64,000 nucleotides of DNA from a bacterium (GTDB taxonomy: Bacteria; Zhuqueibacterota; Zhuqueibacteria; Residuimicrobiales; Krinioviventaceae), in the NCBI GenBank assembly GCA_963693055.1, contig OY843751.1:4416001-4480000 (forward strand). The letters are read 5' to 3'. The translations under genes and the position numbers were made by a program. Shown here in pieces: positions 48,904-58,500 of the stretch. Below the pieces are notes generated by a model. It did no database searches. It saw only the letters and a program-made list of their open reading frames with translations, and was not told the DNA's origin. Each line of letters begins with the position of its first letter. Within the stretch, counting starts at the first letter, position 1.

Positions 48904-49758
48904 TTAAAAGAAACTGTAACTCAGTCCAACAGCAAGCGCCTGCTTTAACTGCCGCTTTTTGGAAACATCCTTGTCATATATCATTTTAACATTAAAATTC
49001 ATATTCACATATTGAGATACCTTGGCGGTTAAAACCGTATCCCAGTTTACATCAATTTCGTCAAAAGCAACCAGATTGGAAAACAGTTCAAGCTTTGAAG
49101 TAAGTTTACTGGTTTTGGTAATATTGATATCCAGGTCAGTAACCGATTCCATACCGTACTCGAAACGGTTCTTTTCAATCTTGGCCGTTGCCGGATCATC
49201 CGCAAAAGGTACAGAATAATCATTAGTAATGGTTTGTTTCAACGACGCACCCAAACGTGTTCCAATTGATGAATTGGGTTTAAATCCAAATCCCATACTT
49301 TCTCTGAAATAAATGGGATCAATGAGATCAGATATCTGTACCTTGGGCTCCACTTTATAATTATATCCCGGTGCGAACTGGGTTTCACCAGTTGCCGCAA
49401 CAAAAGGATCAACTGCAATACCCAGTTTATACTTGTAAACCGATTCAAGCTTAATTTCGTCAATGGACTTTTTCATCTCATCATCATTGACCTTGTTCAT
49501 TCCATAATTCAGCTTTCCACTGTTGACCCAGTTGAAATGTTCCTGGTCATTTTCAAATTTAAAGTTGTAATTCAATTGCCAGGCCAGGGTATTTTCACCA
49601 CCCTGCACATAATTATCAAAACTGGTTTGGGTTAAATTTACACCCACTGCCATCTCTTTTTTCCAGCCATATTTGTTTGCTGTAGAGTCAGCATCCTGAG
49701 CGATTAATGATGTGGACAGCAATAAAACTGCTGCTACTGCAATAATATACTGTTTCAT
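48904..49758 (-). CDS. DUF3078-family outer-membrane protein
   Basis: Signal peptide, NLTQTSFDN..QGGEN, KKS.D, TQFAPGY, Q.KQ.L.VGLSY.F. Confidence 0.85.
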   Translation of the reverse strand: MKQYIIAVAAVLLLSTSLIAQDADSTANKYGWKKEMAVGVNLTQTSFDNYVQGGENTLAWQLNYNFKFENDQEHFNWVNSGKLNYGMNKVNDDEMKKSIDEIKLESVYKYKLGIAVDPFVAATGETQFAPGYNYKVEPKVQISDLIDPIYFRESMGFGFKPNSSIGTRLGASLKQTITNDYSVPFADDPATAKIEKNRFEYGMESVTDLDINITKTSKLTSKLELFSNLVAFDEIDVNWDTVLTAKVSQYVNMNFNVKMIYDKDVSKKRQLKQALAVGLSYSFF

Positions 49759-49836
49759 ATGTTCTCCATTTATTATTTTATAATATTAGACAAAAAAAAG
49801 TAGCAAACATTCCATTTTTTTTATTTTAATGAAAAA

Positions 49837-51009
49837 TCAGAATAAATTCCCAAATGTAGCATAGATTGCAAATGAACGATATTTGGAATATCCTATATCC
49901 AACGCTCCCACAAAATCCTTGTTCCATTTAACATGGAGACCCATACCCCGGGTAAAATGAAAATCAGAAATCGATTTCTTTTCTTCATTCAACCAGATTC
50001 TTCCCGCATCCACAAAACCATGAATATAACTTGTAAAATCTTGTTTCAAAATTGTCACTTTTAAAACTCTGCATCGCAATTCAAAATTCCCCATAAATTT
50101 ATTTGGTCCTATCAGAAAAAAACGCGGCAGCCCACGCAGGCTGTAACCACCGCCCAAACCTTCTCTGCGTTGATAAGAACTGCTGAAAAACGACATTTCA
50201 TAAAACGGAGGATCACCCGGCATGGTCTCGAACATGAGACGCTGCGCGTAAACCAAACGGGGGTGCAAAGAAAAGTATCTGCGGTCCGTAAAAGTTGCCC
50301 GCCAGTACGAATACTCACCACCCAATGCTTTAACAGATTTCTCTACCAAAACTTCTGTCCAAAATCCTTTACTGGGTACAGATTCGGAATCACGCTGATC
50401 ATACACAACACCTGCCTGGAAATAATTGGAAATACCGCCTTCTATCCCATACGGACTATCGTTAACATAAAGAGTTGTTCCTTCATGGCTTGTAACGTTA
50501 GTATCATAGTATCCCACTCCGGCCAACCCTTTTAATCCATCCCTGAATAATGGGAATTGTAACTTGGCCATTACCGCCAGCCATTTACGTTTATATTTGT
50601 AATAGTTTTCATCGATGAACAATGCATCATCCGCTTCTTTAAACTCGCGATGATAATCAATATCATTCCCAATTCCCAGATAATCATCATAAACAAACCG
50701 CTTGGAATCAAAAAATATATCAAAGCGTGAATTTGGACCTATAATTTCAGGGATGTCCCAAAAAACAAAAATATCTCGACGCTGTTCAGTGGTTACACTA
50801 TAATTTATAACCAGGTTCCACTTGTATGGCTGCACACTGCCATCGCCATATTGATACAAAAACACCCTGCCGCCATATTGCAAACCTTCACCACTGCTAT
50901 AAGCCAGTGTTGGCAAACCTGCAATACTGAGTCCTATTGAATTCGATTCAGCTTTCAATGCAAGAGAATATAATAATAGCACTAGAATAAAAATTGCTTT
51001 TCTTTTCAC
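49837..51009 (-). CDS. Omp85/TamA-like beta-barrel without POTRA domains
   Basis: YDQRD....PSKG, LGGGYSLRG, GNFELR, FVDAGRIW, C-terminal Phe. Confidence 0.8.
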   Translation of the reverse strand: MKRKAIFILVLLLYSLALKAESNSIGLSIAGLPTLAYSSGEGLQYGGRVFLYQYGDGSVQPYKWNLVINYSVTTEQRRDIFVFWDIPEIIGPNSRFDIFFDSKRFVYDDYLGIGNDIDYHREFKEADDALFIDENYYKYKRKWLAVMAKLQFPLFRDGLKGLAGVGYYDTNVTSHEGTTLYVNDSPYGIEGGISNYFQAGVVYDQRDSESVPSKGFWTEVLVEKSVKALGGEYSYWRATFTDRRYFSLHPRLVYAQRLMFETMPGDPPFYEMSFFSSSYQRREGLGGGYSLRGLPRFFLIGPNKFMGNFELRCRVLKVTILKQDFTSYIHGFVDAGRIWLNEEKKSISDFHFTRGMGLHVKWNKDFVGALDIGYSKYRSFAIYATFGNLF

Positions 51010-51020
51010 ACCTTTACCCG

Positions 51021-51824
51021 TTATTTTTGTATAGTCACTGATAAAAAAGAATCCAGATTGAACCGGTTCGCGATGTTTTTAACAAAAGATTTGGCTGGAT
51101 TATTCTGCCCCGTATATTGAATGTGCAGGTTTTCTACAATGTTGAATCCAGCCTTGTTCGCCATTTGGCGTAATGTAGACATTGCAAAAAAAGACAGATG
51201 ATAACGGGGATGATTCCCCCCCTGCCATTTATCCTGCATGGGTGACATTTTAAATTTAAGGCTGTTCAAATTTGGCACCTCGATGAAAATAATTCCACTT
51301 TCATTTAGCATGCCGTATAACGTTTCCAAAACAGACAAGGGATCATAAAAATGCTCCAGCACGTGCCACATTACAATAATATCAAAAGTTTCTTCGGGTT
51401 GCGGCATTTTCTCAAAGTCGGAAACTGCAACATCCAGCTTGTAATGCAATCCCGCGTAATGAGCGGCCTCGGCAGAAATCTCGATACCTTTTACCTTGTA
51501 CCCTGCCTGTCGGGCCAGATTCAAAAAATATCCCCTCCCGCAGCCAAGTTCCAGTAAAGAGCCTTCTTGTCTGTATCGTTTCAAAGTATCCAGGCGTGTC
51601 TGATAAATTTCAAATGATTGCTGGTCTTGTACATCGGCACAGGTTTCTGTCACAATATCGGAATTGTGATGATAGTGTTCATATACGTCGGCATCAACAG
51701 AATTCTGTGAGGGATTCAATGTATATACAAATCCACAGGATTTACATCCCACTACACTCAATTCATCTGCAGTGTATTTTAAATTATATTTTTTATGATG
51801 ACACAGAGGACAATAACGTTCCAT
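51021..51824 (-). CDS. Class I SAM-dependent methyltransferase with N-terminal Zn ribbon
   Basis: CPLC..C..CG, LLELGCGRG, FDIIVMWHVLEH, IEVPN. Confidence 0.88.
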   Translation of the reverse strand: MERYCPLCHHKKYNLKYTADELSVVGCKSCGFVYTLNPSQNSVDADVYEHYHHNSDIVTETCADVQDQQSFEIYQTRLDTLKRYRQEGSLLELGCGRGYFLNLARQAGYKVKGIEISAEAAHYAGLHYKLDVAVSDFEKMPQPEETFDIIVMWHVLEHFYDPLSVLETLYGMLNESGIIFIEVPNLNSLKFKMSPMQDKWQGGNHPRYHLSFFAMSTLRQMANKAGFNIVENLHIQYTGQNNPAKSFVKNIANRFNLDSFLSVTIQK

Positions 51825-51836
51825 ACTTTTTCCAAA

Positions 51837-53363
51837 TCAGGGGATTGCTGCTTTCATTACTAATTCTTCGGTTGCTTCATTGGCAGAAAATTCTGCGGTT
51901 TTACAACCTTCTGCCATTACCAGTATTCTGTCCGATATACCCATAATCTCCGGCAATTCGGATGATGCCATAATAATGCTGAGGCCCTCTTTGACCAGAT
52001 CATCTATCAGGGCATAGATTTCACGCTTGGCATTTACATCAATTCCGCGGGTAGGCTCATCAAGCAGTAATATCTTGGGATTTGTGGCAAGCCACTTGCC
52101 CAAAATTACTTTTTGCTGGTTACCGCCACTCAAATTATCTACCATTTGCCGCAAAGATGGTGTTTTTATATTAAGCTTTTTTACATACTCTTTGGCCTGC
52201 TTGTCTTGCAGGCGGTTTTGCAAAAACATTGCGCGTTCGGATTTTTTCAAACTGGCTAGATTGATATTGTCCATTACGCTCATGATTCGTACCAGTCCGC
52301 GGGTTTTTCTGTCTTCCGGTACAAACCCAAGTCCCGAATAAATGGCTTCTTTGGGGTGACGAACTTTTACTGCCGCATCATCAATCCACATATCTACCTG
52401 TGACGCTGTAGGATGAAGCCCAAACAGGGTTTCCAGCATTTCTGTTCGCCCGGCTCCCATTAGTCCAAATATCCCCAGTACTTCGCCCTTGTTGACATGA
52501 AAACTCACGTCTTTGACAGAAAATTTATTCCTGATTGTGGGATGACGCAAAGAACAATGACTGACAGTCATCATTTTTTCCTGACTGACGGTATGGGTCC
52601 GGGGATAAAGATCTTTTAACGGCCGACCGACCATATTCTGAATCACTTGGTCAGCAGTTACATTTTCCGTATCAAAACTCTTGACTACCTTGCCGTCACG
52701 TAGTACGGTTATACGGTCAGAGATGCGGAACAATTCATCCATTTTGTGACTGATATAAATCACGGTTACATCTTGTTTGGTCAACTGCCGGATCAATTTA
52801 AACAACAGGTCTACTTCTTCATCACTAATGGCTGATGTGGGTTCATCCATGATAAGAATGCGAGATTGCATGGACAGTGCTCTGCCAATTTCAATGATCT
52901 GCTGCTGCCCAACCCTGAGAAAAGACACCCGTGTGCGCGGGTCCAGATCAAGATTCAGCGTTTTTAAAATCTTTTCTGTCTCCTGATACATGTGGCGATA
53001 ATCCAGCATGCCCAGAGCTTTTAACGGTTCCCGCCCTAAAAAGATGTTTTCCGCAATACTGAGATTAGGTACCAGGTTCAGCTCCTGGTAAATAATGCCA
53101 ATACTGCTCTTGTGGGCGTCTTTGGTATTTGAAAAACGGATGGGCTTGCCGTCAAGAAAAATATCTCCCTCATAATCGGTATAAACGCCTGAAAAAATTT
53201 TCATAAGAGTGGATTTGCCGGCACCATTCTCTCCAATCAATGCGTTCACCTTGCCACGATGGACCTGAAAGCTTACATCATCAAGCGCAACAACTCCCGG
53301 AAATTTTTTAGTTACATTACGGGCTTCTAATACAATCTTGCCATTTTCTGGTTCTCGTGTCAT
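51837..53363 (-). CDS. Sugar ABC transporter ATP-binding protein (RbsA/MglA type)
   Basis: GENGAGKSTLMK, MDEPTSA, YISHKM, GLMGAGRTE, LSGGNQQK, DEPTRGIDV. Confidence 0.92.
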   Translation of the reverse strand: MTREPENGKIVLEARNVTKKFPGVVALDDVSFQVHRGKVNALIGENGAGKSTLMKIFSGVYTDYEGDIFLDGKPIRFSNTKDAHKSSIGIIYQELNLVPNLSIAENIFLGREPLKALGMLDYRHMYQETEKILKTLNLDLDPRTRVSFLRVGQQQIIEIGRALSMQSRILIMDEPTSAISDEEVDLLFKLIRQLTKQDVTVIYISHKMDELFRISDRITVLRDGKVVKSFDTENVTADQVIQNMVGRPLKDLYPRTHTVSQEKMMTVSHCSLRHPTIRNKFSVKDVSFHVNKGEVLGIFGLMGAGRTEMLETLFGLHPTASQVDMWIDDAAVKVRHPKEAIYSGLGFVPEDRKTRGLVRIMSVMDNINLASLKKSERAMFLQNRLQDKQAKEYVKKLNIKTPSLRQMVDNLSGGNQQKVILGKWLATNPKILLLDEPTRGIDVNAKREIYALIDDLVKEGLSIIMASSELPEIMGISDRILVMAEGCKTAEFSANEATEELVMKAAIP

Positions 53364-53554
53364 GTATTTCCTAAATCTTTTTCTTTTGCATAAATAAACG
53401 CATAATTTATGAAAAAATAAACAATAATCTTTATATAAAAAGATTATTGAACCCAAAATGAATTTATTTTTTGATTTTCAATCCCTTTTTTAGTACATTC
53501 ATTTATTATTATCTTGAAAATTGTAGTATATTCATTATAGTATCGGAGGTGACA

Positions 53555-54688
53555 ATGAAATCGCATTTGTTTAAAATAGCGGTTTTTGTTTTTTCATGTT
53601 TTATTATTTCCTGCACCATTAACCAGAAAGGCGGATCCATGATCACATCTGAACCCTTTGGCACAACCCCGGACGGTCAGTCCGTTGAATTATATACCTT
53701 GAAAAACGACAATGGGATGCAAGCCTCGGTCATGACCTATGGCGCCACCCTGGTTTCGCTGACCGCACCGGATAAAGACGGTGAGTTTATTGATGTATTG
53801 CTGGGTTATTATGACCTTGATAACTTTGTCAAAAAAGGCAGTTATTTCGGAACAGTTGTAGGACGCTATGGCAACCGCATTGCCAAAGGCAAATTCAGCA
53901 TTGACGGTACCGAATACACCCTGGCAGTTAATAACGGTCCCAACCATTTACATGGCGGATTAAAAGGTTTTGATAAAAAAGTATGGGATGGAAAGATTGT
54001 AACCACAGAAGAAGGTGAAGCGGTTCAATTGCATTATCTCAGTAAAGACGGAGAAGAAGGGTATCCCGGTAATTTGGATGTTACCGTGACCTATTCGCTC
54101 TCTAATGACAATTCAATCAAAATCGCCTATCATGCAACTACGGACAAAAAGACCGTAGTAAACCTGACCAATCACGCCTATTTTAACCTGCGCGGTTCTG
54201 GTTTAATTCTGGACCATGAAATGATGATCAATGCGGACAAATTTACTCCGGTTGATGACACCCTCATCCCCACCGGCGAACTGCGCCCTGTTAAAGGCAC
54301 CCCGTTTGATTTCCTTACTTCTACTGCTATTGGTTCACGTATAGATGCGGATTACGAACAAAATCAATTCGGCGGCGGTTATGACCACAACTTTGTTCTT
54401 AACAAAGATGGTGAACAACCCACATTGGCGGCACGTGTGTATGAACCGAAAACCGGACGTATAATGGAAGTTTATACCGATGAACCCGGAGTTCAATTTT
54501 ATACCGGCAACTTTTTAGATGGCACCATTACCGGCAAAAACGGTACAGTTTACAAACGCCGCAGCGGTTTCTGCCTCGAAACCCAGCATTATCCCGATTC
54601 ACCCAACCAACCCGATTTCCCATCCGTTCTACTCGAACCGGGACAGGAATACAATACCCGTACCATCTATAAATTCAGCGCAAAATAA
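53555..54688 (+). CDS. galM: Aldose 1-epimerase (mutarotase) with lipoprotein-type signal
   Basis: GRYGNRI, HLHGG, NLTNHAYFNL, GYDHNF, CLETQHYPD; ggagg RBS; IISC lipobox. Confidence 0.9.
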   Translation: MKSHLFKIAVFVFSCFIISCTINQKGGSMITSEPFGTTPDGQSVELYTLKNDNGMQASVMTYGATLVSLTAPDKDGEFIDVLLGYYDLDNFVKKGSYFGTVVGRYGNRIAKGKFSIDGTEYTLAVNNGPNHLHGGLKGFDKKVWDGKIVTTEEGEAVQLHYLSKDGEEGYPGNLDVTVTYSLSNDNSIKIAYHATTDKKTVVNLTNHAYFNLRGSGLILDHEMMINADKFTPVDDTLIPTGELRPVKGTPFDFLTSTAIGSRIDADYEQNQFGGGYDHNFVLNKDGEQPTLAARVYEPKTGRIMEVYTDEPGVQFYTGNFLDGTITGKNGTVYKRRSGFCLETQHYPDSPNQPDFPSVLLEPGQEYNTRTIYKFSAK

Positions 54689-54706
54689 TTTTTACACCAA
54701 ATCATC

Positions 54707-54736
54707 AAAAAAGCGGGCCCAAAGGTCCGCTTTTTT
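54707..54736 (+). terminator. Rho-independent terminator
   Basis: aaaaaagcgggcc-caaa-ggtccgctttttt. Confidence 0.75.
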
Positions 54737-54848
54737 GCTCCCCACAATTTCCTTAAATTACAACATAGATCACAAATCACTCTTTTTCCGATTGATATTC
54801 ACAAGAATTATCAATAAATAAATTATATAATCACCCAAGAGATATAAT

Positions 54849-56180
54849 CACTACTGTCCCAATATTAGTTGAATAAATTCAATTGGTTATCATTTTGTAA
54901 GCCATGAGTAAGATTATCATTGTTGCTAAGTAACTGTAAAATAGGAGTTCTTTGAAACATATTAACGCTTAATATTTGCAAAAAAGTGTAGAGCGGAATC
55001 GCAATATTCAAACGTTTCTTTATTATCGCTATAAGCACGTATATACATATTGCAATCCATATTTGCGATTTAACGGCATTGACTGAAGTGCCATAAAAGG
55101 ACTTAATTTTTAGGTTTTGTTTTATCCATTTAAAAAACAATTCAATTTGCCAGCGGCATCTATATAGTTCAGGAATAGTTAATGCCGGCAAGTTAAAAAT
55201 ATTTGTCAACAAAACGAGCGTTCGTTTTTGATCAGTTATGTATATTTTAACGCGTCTGAGTCTTTCAGGATAATCTCGTGATGCATAGTAATTCACTAAA
55301 GAAACTGTTTGATCACATCGAAGACCTGTACTTTTATTAACCGGATGTGAATAGACCCTTTTAGCTTTAAGGTTCGACTTTGCCGGAATGACAAAAAAGG
55401 CTCCAGCTTGATGGAATCTATACAGACGCTCAAAATCTATGTAACCCTTGTCTAGCAAATATATGGCGCCAGGCTCAGGAATCAACATATCAAGAATGTT
55501 AACATCGTGGATTTTCCCTTCAGTTATCTCTATAAAAGTTGGTATGTTACCACGAAGGTCCATTTGAGTATGCACTTTTATAGCACCTTTTGATTTTCTA
55601 AATCTGGCCCATGGAAATAAAGAAAGGCACAAGTCAATTGTTGTTGAATCTAATGCGTAAACCATTTCTTTTAATTCAAGGCCGAATTTTTCATCACGAT
55701 ATAACTTGCGGGCCTGATTAATAAGTATTTGAGCAAATTCAGCATAGATGCGCCAGTCTCGATGTTCATTTGCATTAGCCAAAGTATTTCGAGCAACTAT
55801 GCTGCGAAAACCCATGTGGTAAAGTAGTTTTCGTTGTGATCTTAAACAAGCTTCTATATCTCTCAAACTATCTCGGAAAGTGAGTTGGGCAAAAGCCATG
55901 CAATAAAATTGATCAAGACACGAGAAGGATTTAACTTTATACTCTCCTCTGTATTTGTGGACGCAACGATGGAATGCCTTTAAAGGCAGGAATTCCATTA
56001 TTTGAGAAAAAACAGTTTTCCCTTCGTGCATTTCGCCATTCCTCCGCCATTGTTTTGTTGTGATAGAATGGTGAAATGTAATAATTTAATTCAAATCGTT
56101 CCCGTTAAAAATGATAGCGTAAAGATATAATTAACAATTAAATACAATCACTACTTTTCCCTAACGTTGGGACAGTAGTG
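54849..56180 (-). mobile_element. Complete IS4-family insertion sequence, 1332 bp
   Basis: 20-bp TIRs cactactgtcccaaTAttag / cactactgtcccaaCGttag; 9-bp target duplication agatataat at 54840-54848 and 56181-56189. Confidence 0.92.
54865..56031 (-). CDS. IS4-family DDE transposase (DUF4372 N-terminus)
   Basis: ALDSTTI, LLDKGY, YRCRWQIELFFKWIKQ (Y-R-E-K signature). Confidence 0.93.
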   Translation of the reverse strand: MHEGKTVFSQIMEFLPLKAFHRCVHKYRGEYKVKSFSCLDQFYCMAFAQLTFRDSLRDIEACLRSQRKLLYHMGFRSIVARNTLANANEHRDWRIYAEFAQILINQARKLYRDEKFGLELKEMVYALDSTTIDLCLSLFPWARFRKSKGAIKVHTQMDLRGNIPTFIEITEGKIHDVNILDMLIPEPGAIYLLDKGYIDFERLYRFHQAGAFFVIPAKSNLKAKRVYSHPVNKSTGLRCDQTVSLVNYYASRDYPERLRRVKIYITDQKRTLVLLTNIFNLPALTIPELYRCRWQIELFFKWIKQNLKIKSFYGTSVNAVKSQIWIAICIYVLIAIIKKRLNIAIPLYTFLQILSVNMFQRTPILQLLSNNDNLTHGLQNDNQLNLFN

Positions 56181-56290
56181 AGATATAATAATACTTTATT
56201 GAATGTCAGTATTTCATAAAACCAGATAATGAATAGGCCTTTACTGCAACTGCTTATTAGAGCACTATTGATTACGGAAAGGGGCACCAA

Positions 56291-58456
56291 ATGAAACGCT
56301 TAAACATCCTCAATGTTGTATTGCTTTCAAGTTTATTTATACTTTTTGCAGCCTTTACAAGTTGTTCGGATGATCCTGTTTCACCGCAAGAAACAGACAA
56401 GGCCATTACCAGCGAAACCATCGGCGCTTCCGGTGGCAAAATTGAAACGGAAAACTTGACCATCGAGGTACCTGCCGGGGCCCTTGAACAAAGTAATACA
56501 ATCAGCATTTATGAATACGATGATGACGATTCGTTTGCCGAGAACGGTAACCCGATGGTTATGGAAATTCGGGGGTTGCCGGAAACAATCAACCTTCCTC
56601 TTACAATCAAGATGAAAACCGATGCCACTCTTGATGAGAACTGTTTTCTCGCTTTTGGCAGATTGTCAATTAATGAATCCACACTGGATTCATCTCTGGT
56701 TTATGATATATACCCAGCCCGAGATTCTTCCGGTTATCTCATTGGAGAATTACCGGCAACCTCCCAAAACGGATTGTCTAAAACTAATAAAATAGATTTT
56801 CATATTTACGATCCTGCTTCGTGGCTTGTCAAGACTGTACTTCAAGCACATATTAGAACGACTGAACATTTTGAAATTTATTACCCAATCTCGTTAAGCG
56901 ATAAAGTGAATGTCCTTGAGCAGGAGCTTGAAAAAGTCTATGACCTGTTTGACGAGGACCTGGACTTGTCATTAAATCACAACAACAATCGCTGGAGAAT
57001 ATGGATCAAAATACAACAATCCACAATCTTATCCTATTTTGGCAATGACGTTCCTTTATTAAATATCAGTCGCGAAAGATTAAATGCAAGAGACTTTGAA
57101 GCTATTCGCGAGTCTTTGGCTGACAATTTTGTCCATTTTTGTGCAAGGCAAAGCCTGCCTGAAGCAATGAAAAATGATATTGCCAGTCATTACTGGCTGG
57201 AAGCTGCCGTGTCCGCATGGATACAGGAATTTTTAACAGAAAACACATTTACTCAACCTGAAGGTCTTGCTGAAAATGCTATGGCCCCATTTAATGGATT
57301 GCGATTAGGTAACGTTTCACAACCGGATATCAACAAAATTCATAACCATGGCGTAGGCATGTCTTCTTTTATTAAATTTTTGACAGAGCATGAAAAGACA
57401 GGCAAGGCCAGCATTTCTCAAATATACAAAAATATCAAAGAAGGATTCAATGCCGCGGGTGCAGTACACTATTTTGCACAAGAAAAATTAGGCGAACTCT
57501 GGTGGGCAGAGTATCTTCAGACTCTCATAGAAGGTGAAATTTATGATCTAGATTTCAACTATTTTTTAAACCATGCACATGGAACAGCAAATATAAACGC
57601 TTCTTCTCCCGTTACCAAAACATTTTCTTCAACAGATGCTTCGGTCGGTTCCTATCCTGATATATCTGCCAAAATGTTCAAAATCAATCAGAGTTCCGGA
57701 GATATTGATCCGTCGTATCGCATGCTGTTGAGTGCAACCGGTCCCACCGACAACTCTCACCTGGCATTAATAGTCTATGCACTCAAGGGCTCAAATTATG
57801 AGTACCTTGGGACAGCTTACGAGCAGGATGTAACAATTCCGGATTTAAAACAGTATTATGATGATGGTTTCACACAGTATCTGGTTGTGGTTGTGAACAA
57901 TAACGCATTAACATCTTTTCTTGGTGAAACAAATATCGATTTTACCATTGATATTGGTCCAGCCGGAGGAGGCGGTGGTGGAAACGGTAATGACCTGACC
58001 TATAACCGATGCTATGTAGGCGCCGATTTTTACGGCACCTATGAATCAAACCGAAATGGACCGGTTCAGACCTATACCCATTTTGATCAATTCGGATCAG
58101 TTAAAATTGAGGGTGGATTTTTGGGGAACACCTTTTCCGGTATTTATGACAACGGATTCGGGATTACTGAAACACTCACCGTCACCTTGAATGACGAGCA
58201 CAATATGGTAACATCTGTGAGTTGGGTAAAAGAATATAAATATGACGACATGGGTCTCTATGAAATATTGGGTTTTACGGGTACAAACATACCCATGAAT
58301 CCGGATAAAGAAAATAGATTTGAGATCACAGGCAGCAGTACTTGTGATAATTTTACCGTATATGACAATATGAATTCAGATGACAGTTATGTCAAAATGA
58401 CCGAGTATTACTGTGATGAAAACAGCAGAATCTATATTTCGTTTTCTGAAGAATAA
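56291..58456 (+). CDS. Large lipoprotein, ZU5-like N-terminus, peptidase-like middle region
   Basis: AFTSC lipobox; TIGASGGKI....L.IEVPAGAL; TEHFEIYY and WLEA.VS.W; poly-Gly linker. Confidence 0.65.
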   Translation: MKRLNILNVVLLSSLFILFAAFTSCSDDPVSPQETDKAITSETIGASGGKIETENLTIEVPAGALEQSNTISIYEYDDDDSFAENGNPMVMEIRGLPETINLPLTIKMKTDATLDENCFLAFGRLSINESTLDSSLVYDIYPARDSSGYLIGELPATSQNGLSKTNKIDFHIYDPASWLVKTVLQAHIRTTEHFEIYYPISLSDKVNVLEQELEKVYDLFDEDLDLSLNHNNNRWRIWIKIQQSTILSYFGNDVPLLNISRERLNARDFEAIRESLADNFVHFCARQSLPEAMKNDIASHYWLEAAVSAWIQEFLTENTFTQPEGLAENAMAPFNGLRLGNVSQPDINKIHNHGVGMSSFIKFLTEHEKTGKASISQIYKNIKEGFNAAGAVHYFAQEKLGELWWAEYLQTLIEGEIYDLDFNYFLNHAHGTANINASSPVTKTFSSTDASVGSYPDISAKMFKINQSSGDIDPSYRMLLSATGPTDNSHLALIVYALKGSNYEYLGTAYEQDVTIPDLKQYYDDGFTQYLVVVVNNNALTSFLGETNIDFTIDIGPAGGGGGGNGNDLTYNRCYVGADFYGTYESNRNGPVQTYTHFDQFGSVKIEGGFLGNTFSGIYDNGFGITETLTVTLNDEHNMVTSVSWVKEYKYDDMGLYEILGFTGTNIPMNPDKENRFEITGSSTCDNFTVYDNMNSDDSYVKMTEYYCDENSRIYISFSEE

Positions 58457-58465
58457 ATATAAAAA

Positions 58466-58487
58466 GGGCGGACACTCGGGCCCGCCC
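58466..58487. repeat. GC-rich REP-like hairpin (related copy at 61639-61659), likely terminator
   Basis: gggcggacactcgggcccgccc vs ggcggtcactcgggccgcccc. Confidence 0.5.
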
Positions 58488-58500
58488 AGCATTTTCCATA

